The notes below the pieces were generated by a model, which saw only the letters and a list, made by a program, of their open reading frames with translations, ran no database searches and was not told where the DNA came from. A DNA stretch of 53,260 bases from assembly GCA_943704415.1 (NCBI GenBank), contig CALSCO010000183.1, positions 1-53,260 of the forward strand, read 5' to 3'. The number at the start of each line of letters is the position of its first letter. The stretch's first letter is position 1. This stretch comes from Parvularia atlantis (taxonomy: Eukaryota). Made by a program: the position numbers and the translations under genes. Positions 1 to 20,781 of the stretch are shown here, one piece after another.

Positions 1-760
1 GGGCGGGGGCGGAGCCGTGCCGAGCGGCGGGGGCGCGGCGGGCGGTTGGATCGGCGGCGCGGACGGCACGCCAGCGCCCGCAAAGGGGATCTGCGATTCG
101 GCGATGCGGGTGAGGCGCGCGACGATGATGCGTGCGGTGCGACGCACGGCGCGGCCCGCGAGCACGCCGCCCTGCTTGGCGAAGAGCGGCGGCTCGGCGC
201 AGAGCGTGTAGCCGAGGCGCTGGTAGAACGACTGGCGGTCCTTGGTGCAGAGGACGACGTGCGCGATGCCGAGGCTGCGCGTGGGTGCTGTCGGCGGCGG
301 CTGCACGCGAGCATATCGCGCGCACGCACGACACGACCAGGTCCTCGGCCGCGCGCATCATCTGCGAGCCCAACCCACGTCCGCGGTGCGCGCGCTGCAC
401 GACGACTGCGAGCGCGAATTTCGGTGCAGCTGCGAGCCGGGCCGTGCGCACCAGACTCGATCAGCGCGCCCGGCTCGCCGCTGAGCAGCAGCTGCACGGG
501 CGTGACGAGGGCGTATGCGAGCACGTCGTGGCCCTGGTCGTCCTCGTCTTCGTTGTCGACGGCGATCAGCGAGCAAGGCAGGTCGTCGCACGAGCGCGCG
601 AGCGAGTGCATCCTTTGTTTGCTGCGCGTGAGCGATCGCATCCGCCCCGCGCGCGCGCGCGCGCGCACCGCACGTGCTCCGAGCGCGGCCACTCGGCCGC
701 CAGCAGCCGCGCAGCCGCGCCGGCGCACTCTGGCCGGTCATGCAAGCGCACAATGCGCAT
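1..760 (-). CDS. NAA80: NAA80/NAT6-like GNAT (actin N-terminal acetyltransferase family); 3' end runs off the window
   Basis: Splicing 4 GT-AG introns gives MRIVRLHDRPECAGAAARLLAAEWPRSEHVR-MHSLARSCDDLPCSL...LIESVVVQRAHRGRGLGSQMM...LCTKDRQSFYQRLGY...PSAPPIQPPAAPPPLGTAPPP. This matches NAA80 hallmarks: WPRS..R.HSL..S.D..P, acetyl-CoA motif RGRGxG, FY..LGY, and a Pro-rich C-terminal region. Confidence 0.8.
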
Positions 761-1302
761 TTGCCTTAAAACGGCACAATGCGCGTCGCGCGACCAGCCA
801 ATCGGCGAGGCCCAAAGCCCGGAAAGGGGCAATACGCGTCTTTGCGGTCACCGCGGTCGCGTGCTGCACACGGCGCGCGGCTCTGTGCGCGTGCGCCGCT
901 CTTCCCGCGGCCCCAGCCGTGTGCGCCGCGGCGTGTACGCGGGGCCGGCGTGCGGTGCGCGCGCGCGCTGGGTGGCGTGCGGGGTGGTCAGTGCGGTGCG
1001 GGCGCGGCTGAGTGACGTGGTCTTTGCCGCCAACGCCGTGTTGTGCACAGGCGCACACTCTGGGCGCAAAGGCGCGCGCGGCGTGGGGACGGCCGCGCGG
1101 GTGGGCGCGCGGGTGACGCGGGTGGCACGCTGCGGGACGATGCGCGCCGCGGGTGGGGACGACGCGCCCGGTTGCGCACACGAAGCCCCCCTCTTCAGCC
1201 CGCCTGCGACCCCGTCTGCGCTCGCTCACACTGGTCGGTGATGGTGACAACGCGCCCGTGCACGCCGCCAGCCCCGCCGCCCGCACCACCAACCAAGCAG
1301 CC

Positions 1303-3126
1303 ATGGGGCAGATGCTCTCGGAGCCTGTGACGGAGAAGCACAGCACGAGCGGCGCCAACGAGCGGCTCGCGTTTGGCGCGTCAGCGATGCAGGTGCACAG
1401 GACCCGCGCGCAGCAGCAGCACGTCGCGCTCAGACGACGCGCGCGCGTGGTAGGGATGGCGGATAAGCATGGAGGATGCGCACACGACGCTGCTCGACGT
1501 CGACCAGAAGCTCAACACGAGCTTCTTCGCCGTGTTTGACGGCCACGGCGGTGCGGCGCGCGCTTTCTCGTCATGCCGTGCTCACGGGCGAATCCCCCCA
1601 AACCCCTTCGCGCGCCCGCCGCCAGGGAGCTCGGCTGCGCGGTACGCCGGCCGCAACGCCCACGTCCGCGTCGTCTCGGACAAGGAGTTTGAGAAGAAGA
1701 ACTACCACGCCGCGCTCAAGAACGGCTTCCTCGGCCTTGACGCGGACCTGCGCAAGGGTGCGTGCGCCCCGCCCGCGAGCCGCGGCCGTGCGTGTGCTCA
1801 CACCCGCGTGCAGACCCCACGCACATGCGTGAGCCGTCGGGCTGCACCGCCGTGGCCGTGCTCATCACCGACGACAACCGCGTCTTCTGCGCCAATGCGG
1901 GCGACTCGCGCTCGGTCATCTCGTCCAAGGGCGTGGCCATCCCGCTGTCGTACGACCATAAGCCGACGGGCGCCAGTGCGTGGCCCCGCGCGCGCCCTCG
2001 GCCACGCTCACGCCGCGCGCCTCGCGCACAGCCGAGAGCGACCGCATCAGCAAGGCCGGCGGCTTTGTGCACTTTGGCCGTGTGAACGGTGCGTGAAACG
2101 CGTGTGCGACGCGTATGCGGGCCGCATGGCCTGACGCAGCGCGTGCGCAGGCAACCTCGCGCTGTCAAGAGCCTTTGGCGACTTTGAGTTCAAGCAGAAC
2201 AAAGACCTGCCGCCCGAGCGCCAGATCGTCACCGGTGCGTTCTGCTTGCTTTAGCTTGCAGGTTTGTGACGCTTGGCGGCGTCCCGCAGCCGACCCGGAT
2301 ATCATCGAGCGCGCCATCCAGCCCGAGGACGAGTTCATCGTGATCGCGTGTGACGGTGCGCCGCGGCGGCGCGCTGCTGGTGACTGCCGGCCTGACAGAC
2401 GTGGGCTAGGGATCTGGGACTGCATGACCAACCAGCAGGTGGTCAACTTTGTGCGGCCACGCATCGCCGCGGGCCAGGCGCTGGACCAGATCTGCGAGGA
2501 GGTGCGCCTGCAGTGCTTGGCACACGGCCGCCGTGCTGACAGAGCCCGCGCGCGCGCAGCTCATGACCAACTGCCTCGCCAAGGGGTCTCACGCGCTCGG
2601 CGTCGGCTGCGACAACATGACTGTCGTCATCGTCGGGCTGCTCATGGGGAAACCGATGCAGGCCCTGGTCGAGATGTGTCAGACGCCGTCCAACGCGCCG
2701 CCGGTGGACGACAAGTGCGCCGCCGCGCCAGCACCGTGCGCGCGCTGATCTGACCTGGCCATTGACCACGCAGGGCGCCCCCGACCGACGAGGAAATGGC
2801 CGGCGAGCGGCAAGGACAGGCGTCAGACACGTCGGCGCCGCAGCAGGCAGGAGCGGTGCGCCACGTCTGACCGCCGCGCGTGCGCTGACCCTGTGCCCCG
2901 TCCTGCCACCGCCGCAGAGCATGTACCAGGTGTACGCCGCGCAGTTCAACTCGGAGATTGAGGAGTACTCTGGCGCCTCGACGGCGAGCTCGACGACGTT
3001 CTCGTACGACGACGACGAGGAGAACGACGAGCACGATCACTTTGAGGTGCGCGCGCACGGCCCCGCGACGCGGCTCGTGCTGACCGCGCGCCCGCGCAGG
3101 ACTCGATGACGCACGACAGCACGTGA
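1303..3126 (+). CDS. Protein phosphatase 2C, Ptc2/Ptc3-like, multi-exon
   Basis: [14 protein letters not shown]...[75 protein letters not shown]; acidic tail; stop TGA at 3124-3126. Confidence 0.93.
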
Positions 3127-3466
3127 GCACCCGTCAAAAACAGGCCCCAGCCCGGGCGGCCTGTGCGCTGCGCGTGCGCGCCCCTTCATGCATTTACACA
3201 CTGCCTTCCGTTTCCCGTTCCGTTCCTTTCGTCCCGCAGATGGCGCCCCCTCGTCCCGACCCCTTCGCGTCCGCGCATCGTGTCTGTCCTGGCCCTCGCC
3301 CTCGTCTTACTTCTTTCCTTCCGTCGCGCCTGTCGCTGCTCCTCCGCCCAGTGTACAGCTCTGTTGGTGCGATGTGGAGGAGGACATCGAACCACTGCAA
3401 CACAGCAGACACAGAAGGGGGGGGGGGGGGGGGCGCAGACAAAAAGAGCACAAGATCTGACGCGTT

Positions 3467-6400
3467 CTACTGCTGCCCGTGGCGGAGTATGTTCTGCAGC
3501 GCCTCCTGCATCGATGCGACGTATTGCTGGCGCACGGCGGGGTGAGGCACGGCCCCGCCGTGCGCGCACGCGACAGCGCACCATCGCCGTCGTCTTGACC
3601 GAGCACATGGCCGACGTCAGCGACGAGTCCACGTTGACCTCGGTCAGGATCACGCTCCGATCGTGCTGCATGCGCACGGCCGTGTACAGCAGCGTCTGAG
3701 GCGGGCGGGCGTCAGCGGCAAGCCTGCAGTAAGTCTGCGCCACAGCCGCAGCCGCACCTGGCCCTCGACGCTGCGCTCCGCCACCGTCACGACGTTGTTC
3801 AGCTGCAGCTTGCTGCGCAGCGCCTCGATGCTGTCGGCCAAGCCGTCAGCGACGCGCCTGCGAGCGCTTGCAGCGCGCGCGTGCCTCGGGTAGCGCAGGC
3901 CGTCGACCTGCACCACGCGCTCGTTCTCGCTCGGGATCTCCTTCCACATCTGCAGAAAGTCGTTCCGCGCTACTTCCGGGTTCTCCACGAAGATGATGTG
4001 CAGCGGGAGTGGCGTCTGTGCACACAGGTCAAACCGTGGCCGCCGCTGCGACGCGCGTCCCGGCGAGGCACACCTGGAAGTAGAACACGGACACGTTGTT
4101 CTTGACGGCGACTTGCAGGTTGTTGATCGGGTCCTTGGGCCTGCAGTGCGCACACGTTCTCAGAGCCACTCATGCAGCATGCACGGTGCGCACGCGAGCT
4201 GGCCCGTCAGCACGAGCGGGAGCGACGTCTCGGCCGACTGGTTCGGCGGGAGCGGGGAGCGGACCTGGAGCGGCGCGCCCGGGCTGAGGCCGAACGCATT
4301 GGTGTTGAACTGCGGGCGCGCGCCATGAGAGGCTCCACGCACGGACGCACGCACACGCACCTGCACGCCAAAGTCGCCCATCGGCTGCAGCGCCCGGTTG
4401 GAGAACGTCAGGTCGAGCGCGACCTTGCCACCGCGGCGCGCAAAGGTGCCGTGGATCTCGAGGCCCATGGCCTGCCGCGCCGCGCGTGAGCACGCAGCCG
4501 GCGCAGCCCCTCTCGCACGCACGCTCGCGGCCGGGAGGAGCACGCGCTTGGGCAGGACCACGCGCTGCTCGGCCGTGAACACATCGGTGATGTTGGTCGA
4601 CGAGTTGTTGCTCATGCCGAAGACTGGGCACGCCGCTGAGGGTGAGCCAGCGCCGTCCAGCCCGTTACGGGCACGCGCACAGTTCACGTCCTGCAGCGTC
4701 GCACTCGAGCTGCCCAACGTCTGCGCAGCCGGCGTGGGGTCGTACGGCGCCGCCTCGACCGGCTCAGACGAGTAGTCGTTCTGCGCAGGGCGCGAGCGCC
4801 TCAGCCGCCGCGCACGCGCGCGCGCCGCGACCCAGCACCAGGTCCAGGTCGAGCAGGTTCATGATGTTGGCACCACCGGCCCCGCCCACGCTCACGCCCA
4901 TGGCCTGCTGCCGGCCGCCGCCCATCGCGTTGTCGCCGCCAAAGACGTCCGTCGGCCTGAGCATGCAACATGCGCGTCAGTTCTGCACGGCGCGCGGCGC
5001 ACAGGCGGGGCACGTACACGACCGTCGTGCGGGGCACTGCCATGTCATCGTCGCGGTCGGCCGAGGCCGCAGCGGTGCTCGACGCGGCCGTCTTGCGTGC
5101 GCGCGTCGACACGGCGCCGAGGAACGACGACGGCGGCTGGCGCGGCCACGCGTGAGCGGCTGACGCCGAGCACCGGCACACGCACCTTGTGGTAGACAGA
5201 CGCCAGCGTGCCGATGTAGAACATGAGGTCGTCCAGCAGCGCCGGCTCGAGGTTGTCCATCAGGCCCGCGTTCTTAATCGACTTCTCCGACATGACGACG
5301 GCCTGCGACGCACGCAACAAGAGCGTCAGCGCGCACGTTGAGACGATCGGATGTGCGCATGCGCGTACCTTGGCCGCCTGCGGGTCGGCCGAGAGCAGGC
5401 GCCAGTACATGAAGCCGCGGTCGCGCAGGTCCGGGTTGTCGACGCTCTCTGCGTGTGAGCGGTGAGACGGGTGCGGGGTGCAGGGCGCTGCGGACGGACG
5501 GCCGCACCCGTGACCCACTTGAACACGCGCTTGATCAGCTGCTCCGCCTCGGTCGGGCGCATGAGGAACAGCTTGACGGTGGCCGTGAGCAGGGCCAGCT
5601 GGACCTGCAGCGCGGCGCATCAGCGTGTATAGCTCAAGCGCCCAACTGTCGGCGCGGCGCACGTCGCTCGGCTCCTCGAGAAAGTTCTCAGCGAAGCTCT
5701 CCATCAGCTCGTGCGCGTTGTCGATGCGGTCGGCGTACTGCCCGATGATCCAGATCATGGAGGCCTGCGGGACGCGCGGCGCCAGTTGGCACGAGCGGGC
5801 GCCGTGTCGCGCTGGCACACCTTGGCCTCGGGCTCGTCAAGCGTGTCGAGGTTCTCACACAGCGTGCCGATGATGCTCTCGTAGCGGTTGGGGTACTTGC
5901 GGAAGATGTCCTTGATGACCACGACGGCCTCCTGCACGACGTAGCTGACCTTGGTCTGGCGCGGCGCTAGGCGTGAGGGCCAGGCGATAACGCTGCAGCA
6001 CGCGGCGGCGGCGGCGCAGACGCACCTGGATCAGCTCAAGCAGCACATCGATGCACCGGTCCGCTGCGCGTTCGATCTTGACCTGCGCAGCGCCGCGCGT
6101 CACACAACGGTGCGCACTACGGCCGCACTAGCCATCCGCACCGCGCAGATGCCGATCGCGCGCACGGCCTTGCGCACAAAGTCCACGTCGACCTCGGTCG
6201 AGTACTCCTTCAGCTCCGACAGGACCACCTCGACGTTGGCCGCGGTCGTCTTGCGGACCATGATCTCGAGCTTGACGAGCTTGACGTAGATCGGGTCGTT
6301 ATACTCGCAGAAGAAAATCTGCGCGCAGGCGATGTCGGCGCTGTGCGCCGTCGCACTGCGATGCGCACCTGCAGCTCCTCGTCGAGGATCTCGGGACGCT

Positions 6401-7900
6401 TCTGGATGAGCAGAAGGACGTTGCGCAGGGCGACGTACTGAACCTCGGGCATGTCGGAGCGCAGGAGGGTCACTGGGGCGCAGCGACGGCGGCGTCAGCG
6501 CGGCGACGGCGGCGTCAGCGCGGCGACGGCGGCGTCAGCGCGGCGACGGCGGCGTCAGCGGCCGCGCGTTAATGCGGGCCAATAGACAGACCCAGCGGCG
6601 GCGACATCTTCTTGCAGTACATCTTCTTGATGTCCTCGGTCGAGAAGTGCGGCATGCAGTGCATGATGAGCTGCACGCAGGCTCAGCGCCGTCGCGCGTC
6701 ATGCCTACTGCGCGCGCGCGGGCGCACCTTGACCGACGACAGCACGACCGCGCCGTTGGCGTGGAACAGGCGCGGCGCCACACGCTCGGCGATCGTCTCA
6801 GCCTCGGACGCGTCTTGCGGGTCGTACATGAGCAGCGAGTCGAGGATGTACGTCTGGCCCCACCTGCGGGCGGCACGTGCGCGGCGCCGTGAGCATCGCG
6901 CGCGTACGCTCGGCGGGCCGGTGCGCACTCGGAGCACTCCTGCAGCGCCGTGAGCATCTTCATGACCGTGCTGAAGTTCATGTTAATCTCGACGCCGCCC
7001 TCGGTCACCGCATCAATCTCCGTCAGCGCGGCCATCGCGTTGGCCACGACCATCGGGTTCGAGTCGGACAGCAGGTCGCGCAGGTTGTCCAGGAAGCCCT
7101 GCGCGCCGTCAGTGTCAGCACGACGATGGGCATGTGAGGCGCGCGCGCACGTGGTCGTTGACGATGTCACGCTCGTGCTCGTACAGCTTGACGACATTGA
7201 GTGCGGCAGTCTTGCGCACGTACGGGTCCTCGTCCTGCGCGTGCGCGCACGTGTGCGTCAGCGCCTGCCCGCGGCGCTGCGCGGGCGCACGAGCCTTGAG
7301 GCACTTGCGCAGCGGCTCGGTGATGGCCTCCGTGATCTTGTCAACGTGGATGTAGCCCATTGTGCGGATGGCGAGGCCGCGGATGAGCGGGTTGGGGTCG
7401 TCGGCGTCCTGTGCGCGGCGTGCGTGAGCGCGCCCGACCGCTGTGTAAGGGCCTGCACGCACGCGGATGAACGAGTTGACCGACATGAGCGCGAGCTCGG
7501 GCTTGAGCCTGGCGTAGGTGATGACGTACAGGTAGACCATCTTCTTGAGCTCGAGCGTCGTCGTCTGCGCGTCGCGCGGTCGGCCCACGCTTGTGCACGG
7601 AGGGGGGGGGGGGGCAAATGGGCGGCACCTGCATGTGCGCGAGGACCTCCGGGAAGAGCGCGCTCATGTCGTTGCCGAGGGTCATGTTGGCGATGATCTT
7701 CTTCATCGCCGCGATCTTGCGCTTCTTGTTCTCGTTCATGAGCTCAGCCTTGAGCTCGGGGATCTCGCCTGGCGGTTGCCGCGCGGCGTGTGCGCACGTT
7801 TTTCGCGGGCGCGCGCCGTCAGCGCCCCGCCCGCCCTTTCGTGTGCGCGCCGCCACGCCGCACCGCGCTTGGTCGTGCCGAAGTACTTGGCGTCCGACAT
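3467..7900 (-). CDS. AP-1/AP-2 complex beta subunit (beta-adaptin), multi-exon
   Basis: [22 protein letters not shown]..., [82 protein letters not shown] clathrin box, ear domain QFNTNAFGL and LQVAVKNN. Confidence 0.95.
6481..6560 (-). repeat. 4 x 20-nt tandem repeat inside beta-adaptin intron 6473-6591
   Basis: Unit cggcgacggcggcgtcagcg occurs four times (first copy has one mismatch). On the sense strand each copy carries the branch motif GCTGAC. Confidence 0.9.
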
Positions 7901-8007
7901 GGCTGCGCGTCGGGGAGGGGGGGGCACGCCGCCTGTGGTGCCGTGCGCGTGAGCAGAGCAGCAGAGGAGCGGGTGATGGCTACGCTCACAATCACCGTCA
8001 AATACCA

Positions 8008-16351
<8,344 letters not shown>

Positions 16352-16502
16352 CGATGTCGGAAGAGCAGCCAAAAGCACATATTGCCGCTACGCACGCACA
16401 CGCGCAACAGCTCAGAGCGCAAAACGACTAGGGGGAGGAACCGGGAGGAGGACGGGAGAGAAACAAAAAAAGCTCAGGTGGGTGCCAGACTGGACGCCAG
16501 GG

Positions 16503-18515
16503 TCACTGACGGATGGCTGCACGCGCGCACGCGCACGGGTCAGCCGCGGCGTCCAGGCAACGCAGCGGCTCTGCGCACCGGCAAGGATCTCGGCCTTGAC
16601 CCTATCGAGCTCGGCCCGGAAGTCGGCCAGGAGCTCGGCCTTGAGCGCCAGGAGCTCCTCGCTGACGATGGCCTGGCGTAGGGTGCACCGCGTCAGGTGT
16701 GTGCGCGTGGCGTGCGATGCGTGCGCCGCACCGACTTCTTGGTCAGCGAGTTAGACTTGCCGTTGGCGAGCTTGGGCGCCTGTGCGCGCGGTGTGCTCAG
16801 CGCCTGCGCACACATGCCACGGCCCGCGAGCACCGTCGGCGGCGAGCTGACCGCCTTGTTGACGCTGTTGAGCGAAGCCTGCTTTGGGATGGCCTTCTCG
16901 ACCACGATGGCCGGACCGCCCGGGGGCGGCGGCGGCGGCGCGTTGTCCTGGTCCTCGCCAGCCGCGGCGCTGGGAACCACCACGGGGGCAGCTGCGGCTG
17001 CGGCCTCGGCGGCCTTGCGCTTGGCGGCGAGCTTCGACTGTTGTGCGCGCGGCACTTGAGACGACAGCGCAGACACACCGTCCAGGTGTCCGCGCACCGC
17101 CATCTCGCCCATCATGTCCATCGGTGCAGGCGCGCTCGACGATGCCGGCCGCGCAGACGTGCTGGTCGCCGTCGGCGGCGCGAGCCTGTCACCCGCGTTG
17201 CTGTTGTCCTCGGACGGTTCCTGCTGGCCGCGTGCGCGTGAGCACGCGTGCGTGTACCGTGCGCCGGGACGCTGCGTGCTCACCCTCTTCTTCAGCTTGG
17301 CCGCTGCCAGCTGGTCTGCGAGGCCGCCGCCGCCGCCGCCACTGCTGCTGCTGGGCGGCGGACCGGGCGGCGGCGGCGGCGGCACACCGCCGGACGGGGC
17401 GGGCATGGCATGCGACGGCGCAATCGGCTGCGCTCGCGCGCATCAGGCCCCAAGCCGTGTTGCGCGCACGCACGGGCGACGCACGGCGGCCGGCGCCGAG
17501 TCCACGGGTGCAGCCGGCGGGGGCGGCACGGCCGATTGCGCTGCGATCGGGGGTCGGTCAGTCGGCCGTGGCAGGGCGCCGGGACGCTCAGCCGGCGCAC
17601 GTTTGTGCGGCAGCGTCTTGTATCCGGCGTTCCCGGCCAGCTTGGATTGCTGCGCGGGCGGCTGCGATGGCGGCGCGACGCCCGGGATGGCCGGCAGGGC
17701 GGACGCGGGCGCCAGGGACCGGCGGTGCTCGGCCTTTTTCGTGCGTGCGCAGGTGAGCGCCTGTGCAGCTAACCCCCCTCTCTTCGTGCGCGCGCGCGCA
17801 CCTTGGTCGCGGCCGACACGGGCGTGGCGGCGGGCGCGGGCGTGGGCTGCGTCGCGCACGTGAGACGCGAAAGTGTGCGGGAAGGCGCGCGCGCACCTCG
17901 GGCGCCGCGGCGGGCGCAGGCGTCTGTGCTGCGGCTGGGCGGCGGCGCGCACGGCGTCAGCCAAGCTGCACGTGCTGCACGTGCTGCACGCGCGCGGCAC
18001 CGTTGATGGTCCGAACGGCGTTCTCCAACGCCGTCCCAAACATGTTGGCGTCCTCGCGCGACGTGAAGTTGATTCCGTACGCGTACCGCGAGTCCTGCCA
18101 CGCGCGCGCGCGTCGTCGGCCTCGCAGCCCTCTCACGCCGCACGCGCACACGCGCGCACCTGCCACTGGTGGAACGTGTCGGTGGCGCGGCGGTACTCAA
18201 GGTTGACGTAGAGCGGCGAGTTGATGACGACCTGCGGCCGTGCGCGCGGCTGAGCGCGCGCATCCTCCCGTGCGCGCGCGCCGACGGCCGCACCGACTGG
18301 TCCGCGAGGCAGCGCGCGACGACGCGGTACGAGCCCTGCCCTGAGTGCCTGTACAGCTCGACGACGGACGGGCCCTGGCCGGCCTGCACCCATTGCCTCG
18401 ACTGCGCGCGCGCGCGTGTCCCGCGTGAGCCGCGCCGTGTGTGGCGCGCCTCGCGCACCTGGCTGTTGTAGTACAGCACGACGGCCTGCGCGCTCACGAC
18501 GGAGACCTCGGCCAT
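16503..18515 (-). CDS. VASP: Ena/VASP-family actin elongation factor
   Basis: EVH1 (MAEVSVVSAQAVVLYY...QWVQAG...YRVVAR...YRRATDTFHQWQD..YGINF), poly-Pro PPPPPPGPPP, G-actin-binding LADQLAAAKLKK, F-actin-binding MDMMGEM..KLAAKRK, and tetramerisation coil ELLALKAELLADFRAELDRVKAEILAAIRQ*. Confidence 0.88.
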
Positions 18516-18724
18516 GGGGGGCGGGGGGCGCGCGCGCACGGCTTGGCTTCGCTGCTGCTGCTTTGTCTGCGGCACGCGAACGCACGCACGCGCCGTCAAC
18601 AGCGGCAGTCCGAGGCGGTCTCACCATGCGCGTGCCCCTCCGCGCGCGCCCCCCGCGCCGGGCCGGCAGCCGTGGGCGCAACCCGCGGCCCGTCCGGCGC
18701 ACAGCACGCGCGCACGCGCCGCGG

Positions 18725-18755
18725 CCCAACCCCGACCCCGACCCCGACCCCGACC
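18725..18755 (-). repeat. (GGGGTC)n hexamer run, G-quadruplex-capable, between ArfGAP stop and VASP start
   Basis: Plus strand reads cccaaccccgaccccgaccccgaccccgacc. Confidence 0.7.
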
Positions 18756-18810
18756 TGCCGCACAATGAAAAAAAAGTCTTCGCATCGTTTTCAGTCAACA
18801 CATCGAATGG

Positions 18811-20781
18811 TCACCAGTCGGCCCACTCGTCGTCCGCGGCCGACGACGAAGACTTGGCGGCCCGCCCGGACGCGGTCGACGCGCTCGAGGACGAGCGCGA
18901 GGCGGCGGGGCTCGCCGTGCGCGCGGCCGGTTTGGCAGCCGCCGCGCCGCTGTCGTCCCACGTGTCCCAGCCGTCGGCGCCACGCGAGGCCGGGCGCCCC
19001 GACGACCCGCTGTCGCTGTTGCTGCTGCGCGAGCTTGGCCGCGCCGCGGGCGACGCCGTCCGCTTGACCGATGCGGCCGCCGCACCGCCCTTGCCCGCGG
19101 GCGCGTCCTCGATCCAGTTGTCCCACTCGGACTGGTCGGCCGCCTCGCGCGCCTCCACCTCGGCCCGCGACGCGTACGCGCGCGTGTACGGCTCGTTGCC
19201 CGCGTCCGACGGCGCGCCGGTGCCGGACCCCTCCTTGCCCTCGGCGAGCGACTGCTGGATCGAGTGCGACACGTACGAGTAGCCCTTCTTGGTCGAATCG
19301 GCGACCTACGCGCTCGACCGTGAGGGCGCGGCACCGGCACAGCGCACGCGCGGCCTGACCTTCTCCGTGATCGACGAGACGTACGATGTGAGGTTGTACG
19401 TGAAGTTCGGGTCGCGTACGGGCTCAAGCACAGTCTCGTTCACCTTGCGGCCCACGTACGACGCGCCGACCATGATCGACGACAGGCCCTGCGCACAGCG
19501 TGAGCACGCTCGGCACCAAGCGTGCGCGGTGGCGACGTGCCTTAGATAATGTTGCGGCCAGATCGTCCACAAGCTCGTTACCGGTGGCCGACGACGGCGG
19601 CGCCGCCGACTGAACTGAGCGACGCGCCGTGCGTCAGCATGCGCGTGCGAGACGGCGCAGCGCTCGCCGCACGCACAGGTCGGGTTGCCGAAGCCCGCGT
19701 ACTTGCCGCCCTGGCTCGGCGGCAGCTCGCTGCGCGCGGCCGGAATGTCAGCGCAAGCGCAAGCGTGGATGCATCACAGCGGCACGCACGCTGGCCGCTG
19801 GTCGTTTTCGCGGCCCTTGGCGGCAAAGTAGTCGACGTGGCCGCCCTTGGGCGGGGCGTAGGCCGTCGCGCCGTTGCTGCTCGAGCGGCCCGCGTCGGCT
19901 GCCGCGGACCCGGCGCTAGGCTTTGCCGACGCCGAGCGCCCGTTGGACGGCGTGGCGCTGCGGCCGCTGCGTTTGCTCGACCTACGCGCGTTCAGCACGC
20001 GATCCGGCGCGACGGGCAGCGGGCACGTACGCGCGGTTGCCGGCGCTCATGTCGTCGTCAAAAAAGTCGTCGTTGCGGTCGCCCTGGTTGCTGACGGACG
20101 TGCCCGCGTCCCCCCAGTCGCTGCCCCAGTCGTCGTCGTCTGCGGCGGCGCGGTGCGCGGTCAGGGCCGGCTGCTGCGGCCCGCGGCCCGCGACGCACTC
20201 TTGGCACGGCTGCGCGATGACGACGACGTCTGCTGCGACGACAGCGACGCCGAGCTGCCGCTCGTGCTCTTGGTCGGCGAGCCGGTCGCGGGCGGCGACC
20301 ACGGCCGGCCCTCAACGGCGGCGGCCAGCTGGGGTCGCGCGCGTGAGTTGCGGCGGGGCGCTCGCGTGCGGCCGAGGGCGCACCTTGTCGCGGTAGAGGG
20401 CGGCGGCGCGCGTGTTGTACTTCTTGTTGATGGGCGCGCCGGCGTCCCAGTCGGGCTGGGTGCGCAGGAACTCGTGCGCGCGCTTGTTGCCGCCGAGCTC
20501 CATCTTCTGCAGCTGCTCGTCCTTCCAGCTGTCCATCTGCACCGACCGCACAAAGCTCAGGTGCACGCCCAGGCCGCGGTGCTGGCCCGAGCACTCGAGG
20601 CAGAAGAACGTGCCGTAGGTGACCGAGGCCCACTGTGGGTTAGGGTTGCCGCAGTCGAAGCATTTCTGCGCGGCGCTCGCTGGTGAGTGCGGGCCACGCG
20701 TGGCCTGCGCAGCCACACCTGGTTGCCGTCCTGGCGCTGCAGCGCCTGCAGGATGCGCTTAGCGTCCGGGTTGTACGCCAT
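18811..20781 (-). CDS. ArfGAP1/Gcs1-like ADP-ribosylation factor GAP
   Basis: [41 protein letters not shown] zinc finger; [13 protein letters not shown] motif (fungal Gcs1-like); acidic Trp motifs DDDWGSDW and DGWDTWDD; C-terminal DDEWADW*. Confidence 0.93.

Noticed and set aside
3417..3433. Long G/C homopolymers (also ~7603-7614 and ~30818-30837)
   Set aside because: Simple non-coding runs of uncertain length; no function can be supported.
6481..6560. 20-nt repeats resembling a mini CRISPR array
   Set aside because: The copies are directly adjacent with no spacers, lie in a spliceosomal intron, and no cas genes are present.
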